A stretch of 63,992 nt of DNA, the filler included, from Conidiobolus incongruus B7586 (taxonomy: Eukaryota), in the NCBI GenBank assembly GCA_000697335.1. It is 6 parts of 6 records of this genome, joined end to end, with 100 filler letters (N's around TTAATTAATTAA, not from the genome) between each part and the next. Parts side by side here need not be neighbours in the genome. Positions count along the whole stretch, not along the records: positions 21,184 to 37,961 come from JNEM01006107.1; positions 38,062 to 50,789 come from JNEM01006108.1; 4 more parts are not named here. One strand, given 5' to 3'. A program made the translations under genes and the position numbers. A model generated the notes under the pieces. The model had not been told where the DNA came from. It saw only the letters and a list, made by a program, of their open reading frames with translations, and did not search any database. Positions 24,597 to 39,070 of the stretch are shown piece after piece. Positions within the stretch are counted from its first letter, which is position 1. Each line of letters begins with the position of its first letter.

Positions 24597-26820
24597 ATGT
24601 CTTCAACATCAACAGTCGTTCCTCACAGTTTACCTCAAAGGATTCAACCGGTTTCAGAAAAAGTTATGAATCACTCTTCTTCCAACTCTTCTCCAAATGT
24701 AACAAATATTACAACTACTCAAAGACTTATAGAAAAAGCTACTTTACAGGCTAAATTAGCTATTCAATTGGACCAAGATGACGATATTTTGGGTGCTGCT
24801 CAAGCTTATCACCTCACTTGTCTAACTCTTCGTCAAGCTCTTCACTTGGTTTCCCAACAGGATTATCCAGCTTTGGTTCAAGTGGTAAGCATTTTAATTC
24901 TGATAATTTTTGTATGGAAGGATTTTTTCGGTCAAATACCATATTCAACTAGCTACTTAATGTTCTTTACATTTAATATATGCAAAGAAATATATTCAGG
25001 ATATTTGTAACTAATTCTCCTCGTAAAAATAATTCAAAAAATTAAAAAGAAATAGATGAATATTGATCTATAATTTTATCGAAAATAAGCTATTTAGTAT
25101 TGAATATTACTATTCTCTGAGATTATTCACTAGTTATAGCACCGAATATTATTCAACTTATTATAAAACATTTAATAACCAATTTTTAAATTTAGTATCG
25201 AGCTCATTCTAAACGTTTATTATATCTTCAAGGAGTACTACAAAAAAGGAAAAACTCGGGAGGTTCTCCCACTGCAAAAACACTTCAGTGGAGTAGATCT
25301 ATGTCTTCTACACCAGATCTGAGATCCACATTAGATAAAGAAAGCGAGAATCAAGTGAATGACGCATTACAATTTACTAACGAACAACCAAAATCCAAAC
25401 CTATCAATTCTACATCAGAACAATTTCAAGATAGGGAAAATTCCCCCAAATACCAACCTTTGAACTCTCCAACAAAAATTAGGCTACAATCCAAGGCATC
25501 TTTCTCAGAGTTACCTGGCGCCCTAAATCCAATAGTCTCGCCTACCTCCAAAAAATATACGATATCCAATCGCAATCGAAGTGGGTCTTATGTGAGTCCC
25601 AATATGGACACAGCTCAAAGGCCTACACATACACTCTCTAAAAAACATTCATCGCCCGCTTTAAGTTCTTTTCAATCCGTCAGTAGCTCACATATGTCTA
25701 TAATTAATCAAAAACCTGGATCTTATCAATTTCCGACTTCCCAATCCACAACCTCCACCACATCCCTTCCATCTCTTCCTAATACAACTAATTCATTAAT
25801 ATCGCCAACCCCTCCACGAACTCTCAGAAGTAAAACAGCTTCTCATCTCCCCAAATTAGTATTGCATAGTAGCTATAATAATCTACATTCAATGTACAAT
25901 CAGGGGCCTGAGCTTTATTCCCCCAAGACACCTTTACCACAATTTACTGATACAACACGATTAATGTTTCAAAGTATTTGGAACGAAGAGATGGAAACCA
26001 AGCAGGTAATTTATCATGTATAATATTTATATGAATCCTAAATTTAACTGGAATTATAGACTTACCACCCACCACCAAGTCCCAGTCATCCCATTTACCC
26101 CTTGCTACTGCTCCAACGAGTCCAAGACACAATGACCACAGGAGGGTATCTACTCTCGCGCAAATTCTATCTCACACCGTTAACGTGGTCGCATCCCAAT
26201 CTCAAATTCGCCAACTTGGATGCCAAATCGGATGGATTGGATGTAGCCACCCAACACTTGACCAAATTTAAGGAGATTTCTCAATCTTCTACTAACACTA
26301 ACCAAATATGTAAAGAATTAGAAAGTTTAGAACTCAGTCTATATCATTTGTGCGTTGATATGAGCAAAAAGATTCCCGAAGTTAATTTAACGAAATTGGC
26401 ATCTATTCCATCGGGTAGTAATCCTAGAAAGATGTCTAATGTAAATTTTAATTCTATGTCATTTATTTCTCAAATATTCTAATCATTTTGGTTTAGTCCC
26501 AATCCAACAACACCGCAGCGCAAGCCTTTTTCAAAATGGCTTCCAGGATAACCAAATCTGTGGAAAAGGTACAAAACCAATTTAAATTCACAGACGAATC
26601 CCCTAACAAGAACTACTTGGAAAAGCTGTTCAAGTTCCTTGTCCTTTTGAACCATCTTGTCGACGTTTATGATGTTTATCACGACGACGCCCAAGTGTTC
26701 AAGCAGTTAACAAAGGTTGTACAATGGATTCACCTCGGCTTCCTCAACTTTATCCTCGCAGACTGCTCCAGAGCTATTATGAAGTTTTTGTCGCTTGGAC
26801 GTCCTCCATCTCTAGATTGA
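24597..26820 (+). CDS. MIT-domain-containing protein with a long Ser/Pro/Thr-rich linker, 4 exons
   Basis: LIEKATLQAKLAIQLDQDDDILGAAQAYHLTCLTL...V|YRAHSKRL fits an MIT helix bundle. The C-terminal region TMTTGGYL..KFYLTPLTW..PNLK resembles fungal MIT-domain proteins. Confidence 0.75.
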
Positions 26821-27731
26821 TCTACTTCATCCTCCCAATCCTCCTCCTAATTTACTTACTATCCGCCATCATAATTACATTGTTCTCGTTGTTTACTAAC
26901 CCTCACACAATTTTGGAGACTTTTCAATTTTCAGAGCTGGTAACTGAAATATAATATTTAGTATTAATAGCAGTAGTCATAGACAAACAAAACTATTTTC
27001 AAATTTTTTGATAGTTCTCTATAATTTGCAATGGTTTTAGTATCATTGATTTAATTACTAATCAATATTGATAATTTTCAATAAAAACTTTTTTTAATTT
27101 TAATCAATAATAATTACAAATTTTTAAACGATATATCATGTTATTTAATTAATTTCGTGAATAATATTAATTTAAAGTTGATATTAGATAGCACAAATGA
27201 TTTTCATAAAAATTATAATTAGAAACTTGATATTCTTTTAGCACCAAATTACCAGAATTAATTGTGTTTTTTTGCAATAATCTCATGTATTCTGATGATT
27301 ACTCTTGGATAAAAGATTCAATTTTCCAACTAATTTAAATCATGTCATGGATCAGATCACTTTGTCATCATAGTGACATGTCAATCATATCTGCTTACTT
27401 TATCTTATCTTTTTACCTACTTGATCTTATCTTGTCTTATTTTATCTTTGAACCCTCACCAACTTTTACATATAAAAAAGGGAACCATTATCAAATAACC
27501 AAGGACTTTTTCCACACTGTTCACATTGAAACAACTTGTATACATTGACTCTGTTATAAATCACCTGTTAAAATTACCAAAACTATAAAACTCTATTATT
27601 TATCAATCAATTAATATAATAAAAATTATATGCAATAAATTATTAAATTATATAATTTTTAACTTTTTTTAAATATATATATATATATATATATAAGCCT
27701 TTTTTGATACAATAATATGCTAAAAATGGTA

Positions 27732-30700
27732 TTATTGACCTTGTAAAGCTTGGTCGATACAATAATTCACGTAATCTTTGCGATAGGTCATATCCACTCC
27801 GAAAATTCGTGTCAACTCATCTCTGACTTGCTTTTTGGTGATATTCATGAGGTCAGCTTGACCTAAGATGCGCTTGACCTCGCGCTGGATTTCCGCATCA
27901 GAGGGACCGTTGGCGGGTGGGGAGAGGGGTACAAACATCATCGGAGAGGCAGATCGCGAGGGGGCTTCTGAGAAGTGGGAGATGGGACGCATGCTATGGC
28001 TTTGAAGCGGCTGCATCTGGAATGATTGGTTCATTCGGGAGTAGCGAGGTTCGGGCATGGCGATGGGGCTGCGAGTGTCCAAGAAAGATTGGTTGAGTGC
28101 CATGCGACTGCCAGCTCTCGAACTGGCTCTGGAGTCAGGACGATTGGGAGCATTGTAGCGCAATCCACTGTGCATCTGACTCAAATCATTAGCACTCAAT
28201 ATGGGCGGTGTCGTAGGTTCTTTGTACACTTGGAAAGGGTTCTTGGCATCGAACAGGGTACCTCCAGTCTTGTTGGTAGCGTGACTGCGCTTACTGCCGA
28301 AAGAATGTTCAGAGCCATTCTCCCAGATTTCTTCCTCGTATTCGGACCACTTCTTGACGGGAATACTCTTGGGATCGAATTTGCCTTCGTCAACCGCTAC
28401 AACCTTCTTCTTCTTACCATTGTCGCCAACCACGAGACGAGTGTTACCCCAACTGAAGTCATCGAAGTGCCAAAAGGAGTAGATGGGGATACAGAATGCG
28501 AACACTGGCAAGGCTAAAATATAGATGATCATCCAACCAATATGTTCCCATTTACGACGCAAAATAAACACCAGGATTTGGAGTGCATACGGGGCAACAA
28601 TCAAACAAATTGAAGTAATTGGCAGCGTGTTGGGAGATGTAGCAATTGTGTAGAATAAGAAACCTAGTACGAACAAGGTAGCAGGCATCACCACGGTTGA
28701 CAATAAATCCATAAAGACGACGAAACGCATTGAGAAGCAGCAGAAACCACACAATCTTGGTAGAAATACCAATTCTAAGAGGTTATGGACGGTAGAGTTA
28801 ATCCATCTACGTCTCTGGGACAACAAGACACTCCAAGTGTCGGGAGCAACAGTCAAACATTTGGCATCGGACGTAAAGGTCATCTTAAAGAATGGGAAGT
28901 GCTTCAACATGAGAGTGGTGAGGTAACGATCTTCACCTAAATGCAACAAGTTCTTCTTGTGCAAAGTATCTACCACATTTTCGGAATAATCTTTGACTAC
29001 TGCATTATTCACCAAGAGGGCAACATTCTTATTAGGAGCTCGAATGCGATACATACAGAAACAACCAGGTAAACAGGTGACGGTACCGAACAAGGATTCG
29101 AAAGATTTGGCCAAATGGTGAGAGATGAAATATTCGTAAACTTGGATCATAGTAGCCCAGGAATCGCGTTCGTTTTCCAGAGCGGTTTCACCACAAATAC
29201 CCATAATCTTAGTATCGTGGACCATTGCAGAGATAAGTCGGTTGAGAGAGTCAGGTAATACCAAAGTATCGGCATCCACCATTAAAATGTATTCGTACAG
29301 ATGGGGATCCACACCAATCACATTCTTGATTTGGTGGTACATTTCGAGTTCGAGAGGTGTCATGGGGTAGTCATAATGCACCTTGTTGAAAAACTTCATC
29401 AAGATCAATTGTGAATCACGCTTACCTCTGTTACCGGGTCTGGCTCTTTCGGAGGGGCGACCCACTTTGACGACGACAATGTAGGGAACAACGTGAGCTT
29501 GACACTCGTAGAGACCGGTGTACACTTTACCCATATTGTGCTGTTTCATGCCTTCGCCAAGCGAGTGGTAACTCAAGGGTTCGGGCTGCAAATTAGCATC
29601 AGAGCCCAAAATATCCAATACAATTCTGGGAGTTGGGAATTCGTTACCACCACCAACGATCATACCGTCACAAATGATGAATAAGAGCTTGCGTTTGTCG
29701 TCGTACTTCAAAGTGGTGAGAGAATCGATAGTCTTTCTCAGAGAATCTTCACCTTCGGTATAACATGGTACGTTACAGATAACGAATTGGTCGTGATCTT
29801 CGGGATCGGGCTTGGATCCAAAGTTCAAGGAAGCCAAGAATTTAGCCAGGAGGATCAGAAAGATGAAGACGGAGAGTGCGAGTAACACATAAGATGAGAA
29901 CATACATTGGAAGGAGTTACGAGTATCTAAAACACCTATGTAGAACAAATTCTTTAAGCATACTTTGGTATACCTTTCAATCTCTGAATTTTCTTTGAAC
30001 AATTTTTCGAACAGTTCCGTCAAATCTCTACCCCTATTATTCCTAACTATATTTTCAATATCTTCATGCATAAATTTCTTTGCTTCGTTATCCGGTCGAT
30101 TTTCGGGATTCCCCAAAAACTTTAGAGAGCCGTCCCAATACTTGGTCATATCGTAAACGTCGTCCTTGTAGATGAAAATATCGCGATTGCTTGATCTCGC
30201 TTTAATCACGCTGGCATCCCAAGCCACATCTGCGACCTTGAGCATCTTGTCCATCATACCAACTACTGCCCTGTAGTAATCCTTCATGTATTTTTCACCC
30301 CCCGTGTAGTAGCGATGATCGTGAAATTTAGCCCATCTCTGGTTGCCCACCAAATCAGGAGTTTGTGTAGTATTTTGGAAGTTGAGATAAGGGTCAATTT
30401 CGCTACCGTCCCACTTGTTGCAAAGTTCACTGATTTGCATAGGGAAAAGGTCCGAAATATCAGTACCTCCGCCTAACAGCTTGTGAAGTGGTTTTCCCTG
30501 TAATGCTATGTTGACAGCGGGTGGATGGAAATTGGGGTTCTTGGCGAGGTTGTAAACACGTCCAAATGCGTACATGTATTGATATTTGTTCTGGTTCGCG
30601 TTGTAGTATTCTTCGACTTCAGGAACGCTGAGCACTTCTTGCTTAGGACAAATCAATGGATTAATACCGATGATAAAGAGAACCATACCAGCACACATGA

Positions 30701-33495
30701 GGAAAATAATGGTACATAGGGCGACCTTTTCACGCCATGCCATCCTGACGTCGCGGTGCTTCATGCGGCAACAGCAGGACAGCACAAAAGAGGGGATCCA
30801 CCAGGTCAAGAGCCATGTGAAGCATACCCAAGCCTTACGAGTTTTAGTCTTTGGAGGTTTTTCATCGACTTCTTCCTCTTCCTCAGCCTCGATGACTTTC
30901 AACTGGTTTTCGGCACGTGTGAGCTGCAAATCATCTTCGGGACCTTCCGCAGTACTTTCCAAATCTACCACGCTTTGGTCGTCGCCATTACGATCATCAT
31001 CGCTGTAGTAGGACTGTGCATCGTCGGCAATAAATCCAGGCTTCGGCAAATCCCCAAGAGCACTCATGTTGTTGCGGGCATTCTCGCGCTCGGATGCTCT
31101 CAAATGATCTTCAAGATCTCTCCAAACTTCGTCGCTAAGGTAACAGAATTGGTTCCCGATTGCGACGTGTTCTGGTCCCCAGCCGAAGATGTTGACGACC
31201 GCATCGCAAATTTGACGTGGAGTGCGATTGGCATCGATACCGAGAGGCTCTAACACCTGAATGTATCTGGCAACTAACTCGTCGTGCTGGTAGCAAACCG
31301 TGTACTCAATCTCCTTACGCTGGGCCATATTTGGCAAACTGTAGCGATCGACTTGGTCCCCAATAGTGCCGGCGTCGAATTGGTCAGGAACGTTGGAAGT
31401 GTTGGCCCTCATACAAATCACGAACCAAGGTTCGGTATTGTCGAAAGTATCGAAAATTTCGTCCAAAGCCAATTGGAATTGGGTAGCTTTACAGGCGATC
31501 TTGTTCTTGGACGTCGTGGTTTCGATCTTTTCGTCGGCAGGATTGCTGGTGTCCGTTCTGTCGCGCTTCATGCTCGGTTTACGCACGGGCATCGCTGGTA
31601 CAGAGGCGGCTACGATGTTTTGAGTATTTTGGGGATGTGATTCGGTAGCGACTGCTCCACTGGTGAATAAACCAGCGACGAAGGGATTACCCACGGGAAC
31701 CCCGGCATCACCACGGAATGTGGAAACGAAATCAGTACAGATGGAATCCATATTCTTGTCCATAAAGCCGGAAGTGTTATAGGTAACGGGAGCGGCGAAG
31801 TGACGTACGGTAAACTCTCCCATATTGAGATTGGCGCTGAAGTATTCGGAGCCGGCATGATGTTTGTGAAGGGCAGCTAACATACCAGGATCGTTGTTGG
31901 GACCTCTTGGCTTGTTGGCTTGCTTGTGCAAAATGGAAATGATACCTGATCCAGATTTGCCCAATAATGAAGTAACAGGCTGGTTGTTGATGTAGGGAAT
32001 GATAGGGATAGCGACGTTATCTTCGGCGTAAGCGTCGTTACTAGCTTCGAAGATTTGGTAGCACATGTAATTGTACAGTCTTTCGTTAGCATAATTGGTG
32101 CAAAATTGTTCGAATCCGTTACCGTTGGGATTCACCTGGAAGCCTGGTAAATCTAATAAACCAATGAAGTTGGCTTGATTGTCTTTACACAAACGGATGT
32201 TCATATATTCAATAATCCAAGAGAATAGCAAGGAGTAAAGAACTTTAGCCAAATCATCTCTTTGGACAACAGACTGAGCAGCATCCAAATACACGGTACA
32301 CAATTCCTTCTTAATCAACTTGGTCTTGTAAGTGAGCAAAGATTCCAATGTACTGGGTAATAAACCCAAGAAGTCCGCAACGATATTCAACACCTCCTCA
32401 TTCTTGACACAGGCAGCTTCCTGACTCTGTCCTACCTGATTAGCGAAAGTAATATTACCCAAATGCAAAATGGCAGCTAAAACTTGGAAGATTTGACTCT
32501 GCGACTTGCGATTGAAGCCTAAATCCTTCAAATTCTTCTTAAGCTCTTGGAACTGGTGCGACAATTCGCTAGGATTGTAAGGTGTTAAAGTACCTTGAAG
32601 GTAATGGAAGTGACCAGCTTCCTGAAGTTGGAAATGAGCTTTCTCTTCGATGCTCATTCCTCCTAACATCTGGTAAAATACGAAGAAATTGGATTCGTTG
32701 CGAGGCACTGCAGTAACCCTTGTCTTTTCGAGGATGTAGTCCAAGCATTTCACACCGATGGTTCGACCCTTGGCATCGAATTGAAGTTCAATATACTTAC
32801 CGAACCTGCTGGCATTGGTGTGAGTTACAGTGGAAGCGTGGCCGAAACTCTCGAAAATGCGTTCACCATTCAAGATCTGTTGGTAAAGTTTGGCTTCCTT
32901 CTTGGATCTTGACCTCAGTGCCATCAACTGAGTCACGAAGTGACGTTGCGTTAACGTTTTACCACTTCCGCTCTCTCCCCTAAATTAGATGAATTAGTAT
33001 CATTTATATCAATTCATTCAATTATATCAATGTCTCATTTTGACAATTAAAAGAGTGGAAAAAATGGACCAATCAATATCCTTCAAATTAACCGCAATTT
33101 TTAGAAATAATAAAGACACAATTAGCTTACATAAATACAACACTCTGATCAATTCCACTACGCTTCAAATGAAAGTAAATCGTATTTACCAATCCGAAGA
33201 TATGCGCCTCCAACCTCTCTCTACCTTCCGAAATATTTCGATAATTTTCGACATATCTCAACTGGACATCTTCTTCGTGATCTCTGGTATCTTTACATGG
33301 GTTAATACTCAATAGGACACGGTCTCCAACCCTCGTATAATATTTTTCGAGCGCATATCTCTGTTGTAATAGGTTTACAACGCTTGTTTTCGTTTTTTGA
33401 TTGAGGAATATTAAATCACCGGATTGATCATTTGTTGAGGTTGAACTCAGATCTTCCGTGGATTGTAAAGGTTTGGCGACCATTCGAGTCGTCAT
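27732..33495 (-). CDS. Class V chitin synthase with myosin motor-like domain (~1870 aa); exons 33495-33131 and 32979-27732
   Basis: Spliced P-loop GESGSGKT, NASRFGKY and DLPGF switch motifs, cytochrome b5-like region, GEDRYL and QRRRW catalytic motifs, and a DEK_C-type C-terminus (DLMNITKKQVR). Confidence 0.97.
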
Positions 33496-35413
33496 TTTAT
33501 ATTAATTAATTATATTTATGTATTATAAAATATTGAGTGTATATTAACAATTTAGACAATTAAATAAATAAATAAAAATATATATATATATATTGAATAC
33601 AATAAAGTAAAAATTTTTTAAATTAGAATAATTCTACTATTCAAAAAATTAATTCTTTCTAGCATTTACTATCTACAAATATTTATATTTATATTTATTT
33701 ATTTATTTTCTGAATGAATATAACTTTATGATATTAAATTCTCAAAGATTGTGTGGATCAAGTTGCAATTATTGCTAATTTTGTCCGTGGTGGTTTATTT
33801 TCAAGGCTTGTAATAATTTAAACCAGTTACTAGTGGTAATATTACTTTCAATAATCTCAATTGATAGGTCAATTAGAATACATGGGAATTAATAAACGAA
33901 AATTTAACATTATTATAGATTTATTGATTTTATATTCAGTGACAATTTTAAATATTTTATACAGTATTATAATACTTGCCTTTACAGTATGATTTTATTC
34001 TTCTTTTAGTAGTTATACTAGGAAATCAATAATAATATTAAAGAGCTTTTTAATTGCATGATTTTCTTATTGATTGTCACTCCATGCTAATAAAAACATC
34101 ACTACAATGTCATGTTATCATTTCAATATTACTAATTTCAGATCATCCAAAATTATTTCTGATAATTAGTCACTTGTTAAAACTCTTAATTCCCAATTGA
34201 TAGTTATATTTGTTTTAATTTTAGAATTGTTTATTATGGATTTATTTATATTGTATTCCAAACCTGGTATATAAATATGTTGAAGTTACAATGCGATGAT
34301 TTAATTAAATAATAAAATTTTTATTATACTAGAATTTGGGATTTAATTATTTTTGACTTTAGGAATAGTGTGACTATTAAACATTCAATAATTTATGGAT
34401 CATATTTATAATTATAATCAAACTAATAATAATCTTAACAACTTAAGTTTCAGAATATTTTAAATTATATTTTGAAATGATTAGATTATATAAATAACAA
34501 TATTCATGTAACCTAGGATAGTTATTATAATAATAATAGCATGAGGCGGCTTTGATTACCTTACGATAACATTTTTTGTTTCTATGTTATTATTCAACCG
34601 TATAATGAATTATTAAAATGAACTTTATATATTAAATATTGTGAGTTCTTGTGTATTTTTGTAATGATCCAATTCTTGATCTCTTAATCAACCATTATCA
34701 CAGTCTATTTCCAATATCACAAACATTTTATGTACTATATATTTTTGAATTATTCTTAATCATTTTTATTTTTCACTATTATTTCATTAAGTTTGATATT
34801 TCCTTAAGGTACTTATGAATATTAGAACATTCTCATCAATATATATAAATGATCAGATATGGAAATGTTTTCTCAAACATAATTTATGATTATATATTGA
34901 TAAAATTTAATAAGTATCTTTGACCTTTATTATTATAAACAAATATAAATTCAATCATATTTGATTGAAATTTCAAACTATTGTGGTTACCTAGATGGTA
35001 AACCGTTTGAGCGTCTTTGCCTTGCCGTTTATTTCATTATGGGGATGTTATCTCAGAAGGCACATTGCTCTACTCTAAAGGTCTCATCCTCTAGAAAACC
35101 TATCTCACCTCTAAATACTATCTTTAGCTAGCAATTAAATAAAATAAGAACCAATGGCATAAGTCTAATCAGTGGAGGTCAGTAAACCTCTTACAAGATA
35201 ATTATATTATTTTATCTTCTCAATAAAGCATTTGCTCTACTATTATCGCTCAATAACAATAGCTTACTTGTTTCAGATATTTATTTTATGATTTGCTAGC
35301 TAACAATATTGTAACATTATTAAAAATCTCTATATCTTTTGAAATTTATTTATAAATCATTTATAAAAACTAAATAATAGTCTTTTTTGTTCTGAGCAGT
35401 ATAAAAAATTATA

Positions 35414-35420
<7 letters not shown>

Positions 35421-35448
<28 letters not shown>
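35421..35448. repeat. (TA)14 microsatellite; shorter or similar (AT)n runs near 20160, 21972, 27673, 33578 and 60994
   Basis: Read directly from the sequence. Confidence 0.9.
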
Positions 35449-37961
35449 ACCTACGAACCTTGAGAATTCATTTTAAGAAAAAAAATAAAATTTCGAATAA
35501 AAAATTCTCAAATGAATAACCAGTGGCAAACAATTTGTATTGAGCAATGATACCAAGCATTAATATGGTACACTAATTGCCAATACTTGGTGTAATTGGT
35601 GCAAATTTTGGTAATACAAGCTGTCACCTATTTGGGATAACCAAATTTCGAATTTAATTAGTGACGATCCATATTAATTGGGAGAATTCATTGTAATTTA
35701 TAATATATTTGAAGATTGTTATTTATTTGAAATTACATATATAGAATCATTCTAGAGTTATCATTATTTTAGTTTCAATTAAACTGTATTGAAATATTTG
35801 GGTCATAATTTGGTTGAAAATATATAATGTCTTAATATATTAAAAAATTTTGATTTTATCTTATTAATATATATATTTTTTAATTATTACCTCTCCAAAA
35901 TTACTATTTATCATTTACAAATATTCCACTTTATTTTTTGAATCGTGGTTTATTGTATTCTGATATCATTCGTTAACTATTCTTACTCTATTCATATATA
36001 TAGTTTAATAATATCATATCATCTAATTTGGAAACTAAATAAATCTAAATTAATATTAATGTAATCATTCCTTGTCTCACTGTTTATATTAATATAATAA
36101 CCTAATTTATTAATATATATTTTCAATTTTCAACCAATTATAGCATATTAAACCTTGATTATTTTGAAAAATTATATAATTTATTTGAATTTTATCTAAT
36201 ACAAGTTTAAAATTATTGATTTTTTAATATAATTATATTATATTTGAAATTCATTGATTCTATTTCAATATTATTTTGAATATAAATATTAAATTTAGCG
36301 TTTGAATGCTCATAAAATATTATCATAAGAATATATAATAAAGTCAAATGTATATTATTATAAAAGATGGCTTAATAATAAATTTAAAAATTATCATTGG
36401 TTCATAATGAATCAATGTCTTGACATAGATATTTTATTGTTAATATTCAGAAACAATCAACTGATAGAATATTACTCCCTTTTAGTTCATTACATTATGG
36501 AATACTTGATTCTTTTGCTTGTATTAATTTATATTTGTCTACCAGATATATTATTGTATTATAAAACAATACTTAATATTAAAAAAATTCAAATTAAACT
36601 CAGATCAAATCAATATCTCTATGTTTTTATCCAAATAATTGCACTTTCATAAAAATTTTCTAATTTATTTTGACTAGTTAAATTTTTTTATTTGGATATT
36701 TAGATATATAGATATCTTTTTGTATTCTTACTATTGTGAATATAATTTAATAAATAAAATATGTTCATATATTAGTTTTATTTGGGTAAATAGGTAACTA
36801 TACCAAATTTAATAATATACTCTTTTACATAAATAGTCATAAATCGCATTTTATTAGTTTTAATAATATTTAATTTATAATTACATCGGACAAAAAGTCA
36901 AAAAACAACTTATATTCAGAAAAGTTTGACAATTGAGTTTATTTATTTTCAAAGCGATATTAATTAATATGATTTTATATTATTAAAATTCATGATATGT
37001 TTTAATTTATATTTTAATACTAATTTAATTTACCTTATTCATAAAAGAATAATTTATATATAACATATCAAATATTTTTTTCACAATATCAAATACCAAT
37101 ATTTGAATGTTTTAGATAATTTATGAATTAATTTGCAAATATCATTTTTATAAATATAAAATAATTAATTAATTCACTTGATTTATCAGTTGTTAATTTA
37201 TTTTATTCAATTAATACACTAATTTCTGTTATAAATTTTTAGTTCAATTCATTATTTTTTATTAATATTTTTTACCAAACCAAATTTTATATAATTAATT
37301 ATTTTATTCAACTTAGCTTAAAATATTTTAATAATTCACGTTTGTCCTTAATTAATACTTATTAGAATATATATAATATTATAATTGAGAATTATATTAT
37401 ATATTAAATCAATTTTAATCTATTTTTAAATCATTTATTAATTTAGTTTGAATATAAAAATTGACATAATATCAAATGATATAATTAATTTTTTTAATAT
37501 TGAAAATTCAGTATTTTCATATCCTATTTCGACTTAAAGATGAAATGTGTATATTTAATTTACCCTATATTTATTTAATCACTATTTTATCAGTTATACA
37601 TTTAATAATAAAGTATTTTGTATTAATTATATCTATTCTGTTAATTGCTTAATCATTGTAATAGAATAGATGTAATTGATATAGAATAATTTAATCTTTG
37701 CTTATCACTCTATTATAGGTAATTCTAATAATATCTTAAGCTATTCGAAATAATTATTAATTCCTATAAAATCAAAAATTGTAGTTAAGAATTTAATAAA
37801 TATTGACATTAATTTATATTATTAATTATCTTAAACTTATTATTCTAATTTTATTAAGTAATAATATAAATTTTAATAACTAAATAATATTTTCATCATA
37901 GGTACCTATATTATTATTTTGATAATAAAACAAAATAAATATATTTTATAATTTAAAATTC

Positions 37962-38061
37962 NNNNNNNNNNNNNNNNNNNNNNNNNNNNNNNNNNNNNNN
38001 NNNNNTTAATTAATTAANNNNNNNNNNNNNNNNNNNNNNNNNNNNNNNNNNNNNNNNNNNN
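37962..38061. other. Artificial contig-joining spacer
   Basis: 44 N + TTAATTAATTAA + 44 N. Confidence 0.97.
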
Positions 38062-38290
38062 TATAAAAAAATTATTATATTTAGTATATTTATTAGATTA
38101 TAACCAAAATAATTATTATTGTTTTATATAATTAAAAAATATACTTATAAAAAAGAATATTTTTCCAAATAAATTTATTTGATAATAAAATATCAGATGT
38201 TAATCTTTAATTAAAAGCACTAATTAAATAATAACAACTTATGAAAAGTGTAGCAAAAAGTTATTAATAACAAACATCAATATTGATTTT
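38062..38290 (+). mobile_element. C-terminal fragment of a hypermutated mariner transposase
   Basis: KKLLYLVYLLDYNQNNYYCFI*LKN back-mutates toward KLPHPAYSPDxxPxDY.F.LKN. It ends *QKVINNKHQY, resembling the mariner RWQKVIxNxGxY terminus. Confidence 0.65.
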
Positions 38291-39070
38291 ATTTTATATA
38301 TGAATTTTTGTTAAATAGATCAAAAGTTTTATTTATATATAATTTCAAAAACTATAATTATTTAATATTTGAAATATTATTAAAATAATTATATATTGAA
38401 ATATTTATTATCACTTATAAATATTTAAAATTATTATTTTGGAAAAAAGTTTATAAATTCAATATATTAAATCTGGATTATATATAAACAAAAACAAAAC
38501 ATAATACTATTATTAATAAATAATCCATGAATTATATTTGATAAAATTAAATTATTTAAATTTATTTCAATAAAAAAAGTATCCAATCATTTTATTAAAG
38601 ATTAAATCATATGTTAATCACAAGACTAAACCTATTAAATATCAAAAAGTATATGTTTTTATCCATTGTTTACAAAATAGACTGGGTCTTTTATTCAAAT
38701 CATGAATTTTATTTTAATTCAAACAATTGAAATAAATTTGAAAATATCAAAATATTGGATCATTAGTCTTTAAAGTAATATATTGGTTTATGGCAAGAAA
38801 GTGCAATCATTTTCTCAATCATAAGGAATGATATTCTTGAATGAAATATTTATAATTAGTTTATTAATTAATTACTACATGCGATACTAAGAAATATATT
38901 AATATTTAAGCAGCTTTGATTATTATTGTTTAAATTGGTTTTTGTAATTAGATAATGCATATTAATATGATATATATGTATCAGGATATAAGCGTAAAAA
39001 GATTAGACGTCAATAAAATAAATTATAAGCCAATAATTAGTGTAAAATAGTATAACAATTAGTTAATTTA

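Noticed and set aside
28026..32983. Many antisense and alternative-frame ORFs inside the chitin synthase
   Set aside because: Expected shadows of a long, GC-richer, codon-biased exon, with no recognisable domains.
35030..35070. TPP riboswitch-like GTGCC..CTGAGA on the minus strand
   Set aside because: The downstream ACCTGAT...TAAT...GCG core is absent.
36407..36652. Small AT-rich ORFs here and at 5866, 14170, 17009, 17786, 22424, 27342 and 40436
   Set aside because: Low-complexity I/L/K/N/F/Y composition typical of random AT-rich frames, with no motifs or splice support.
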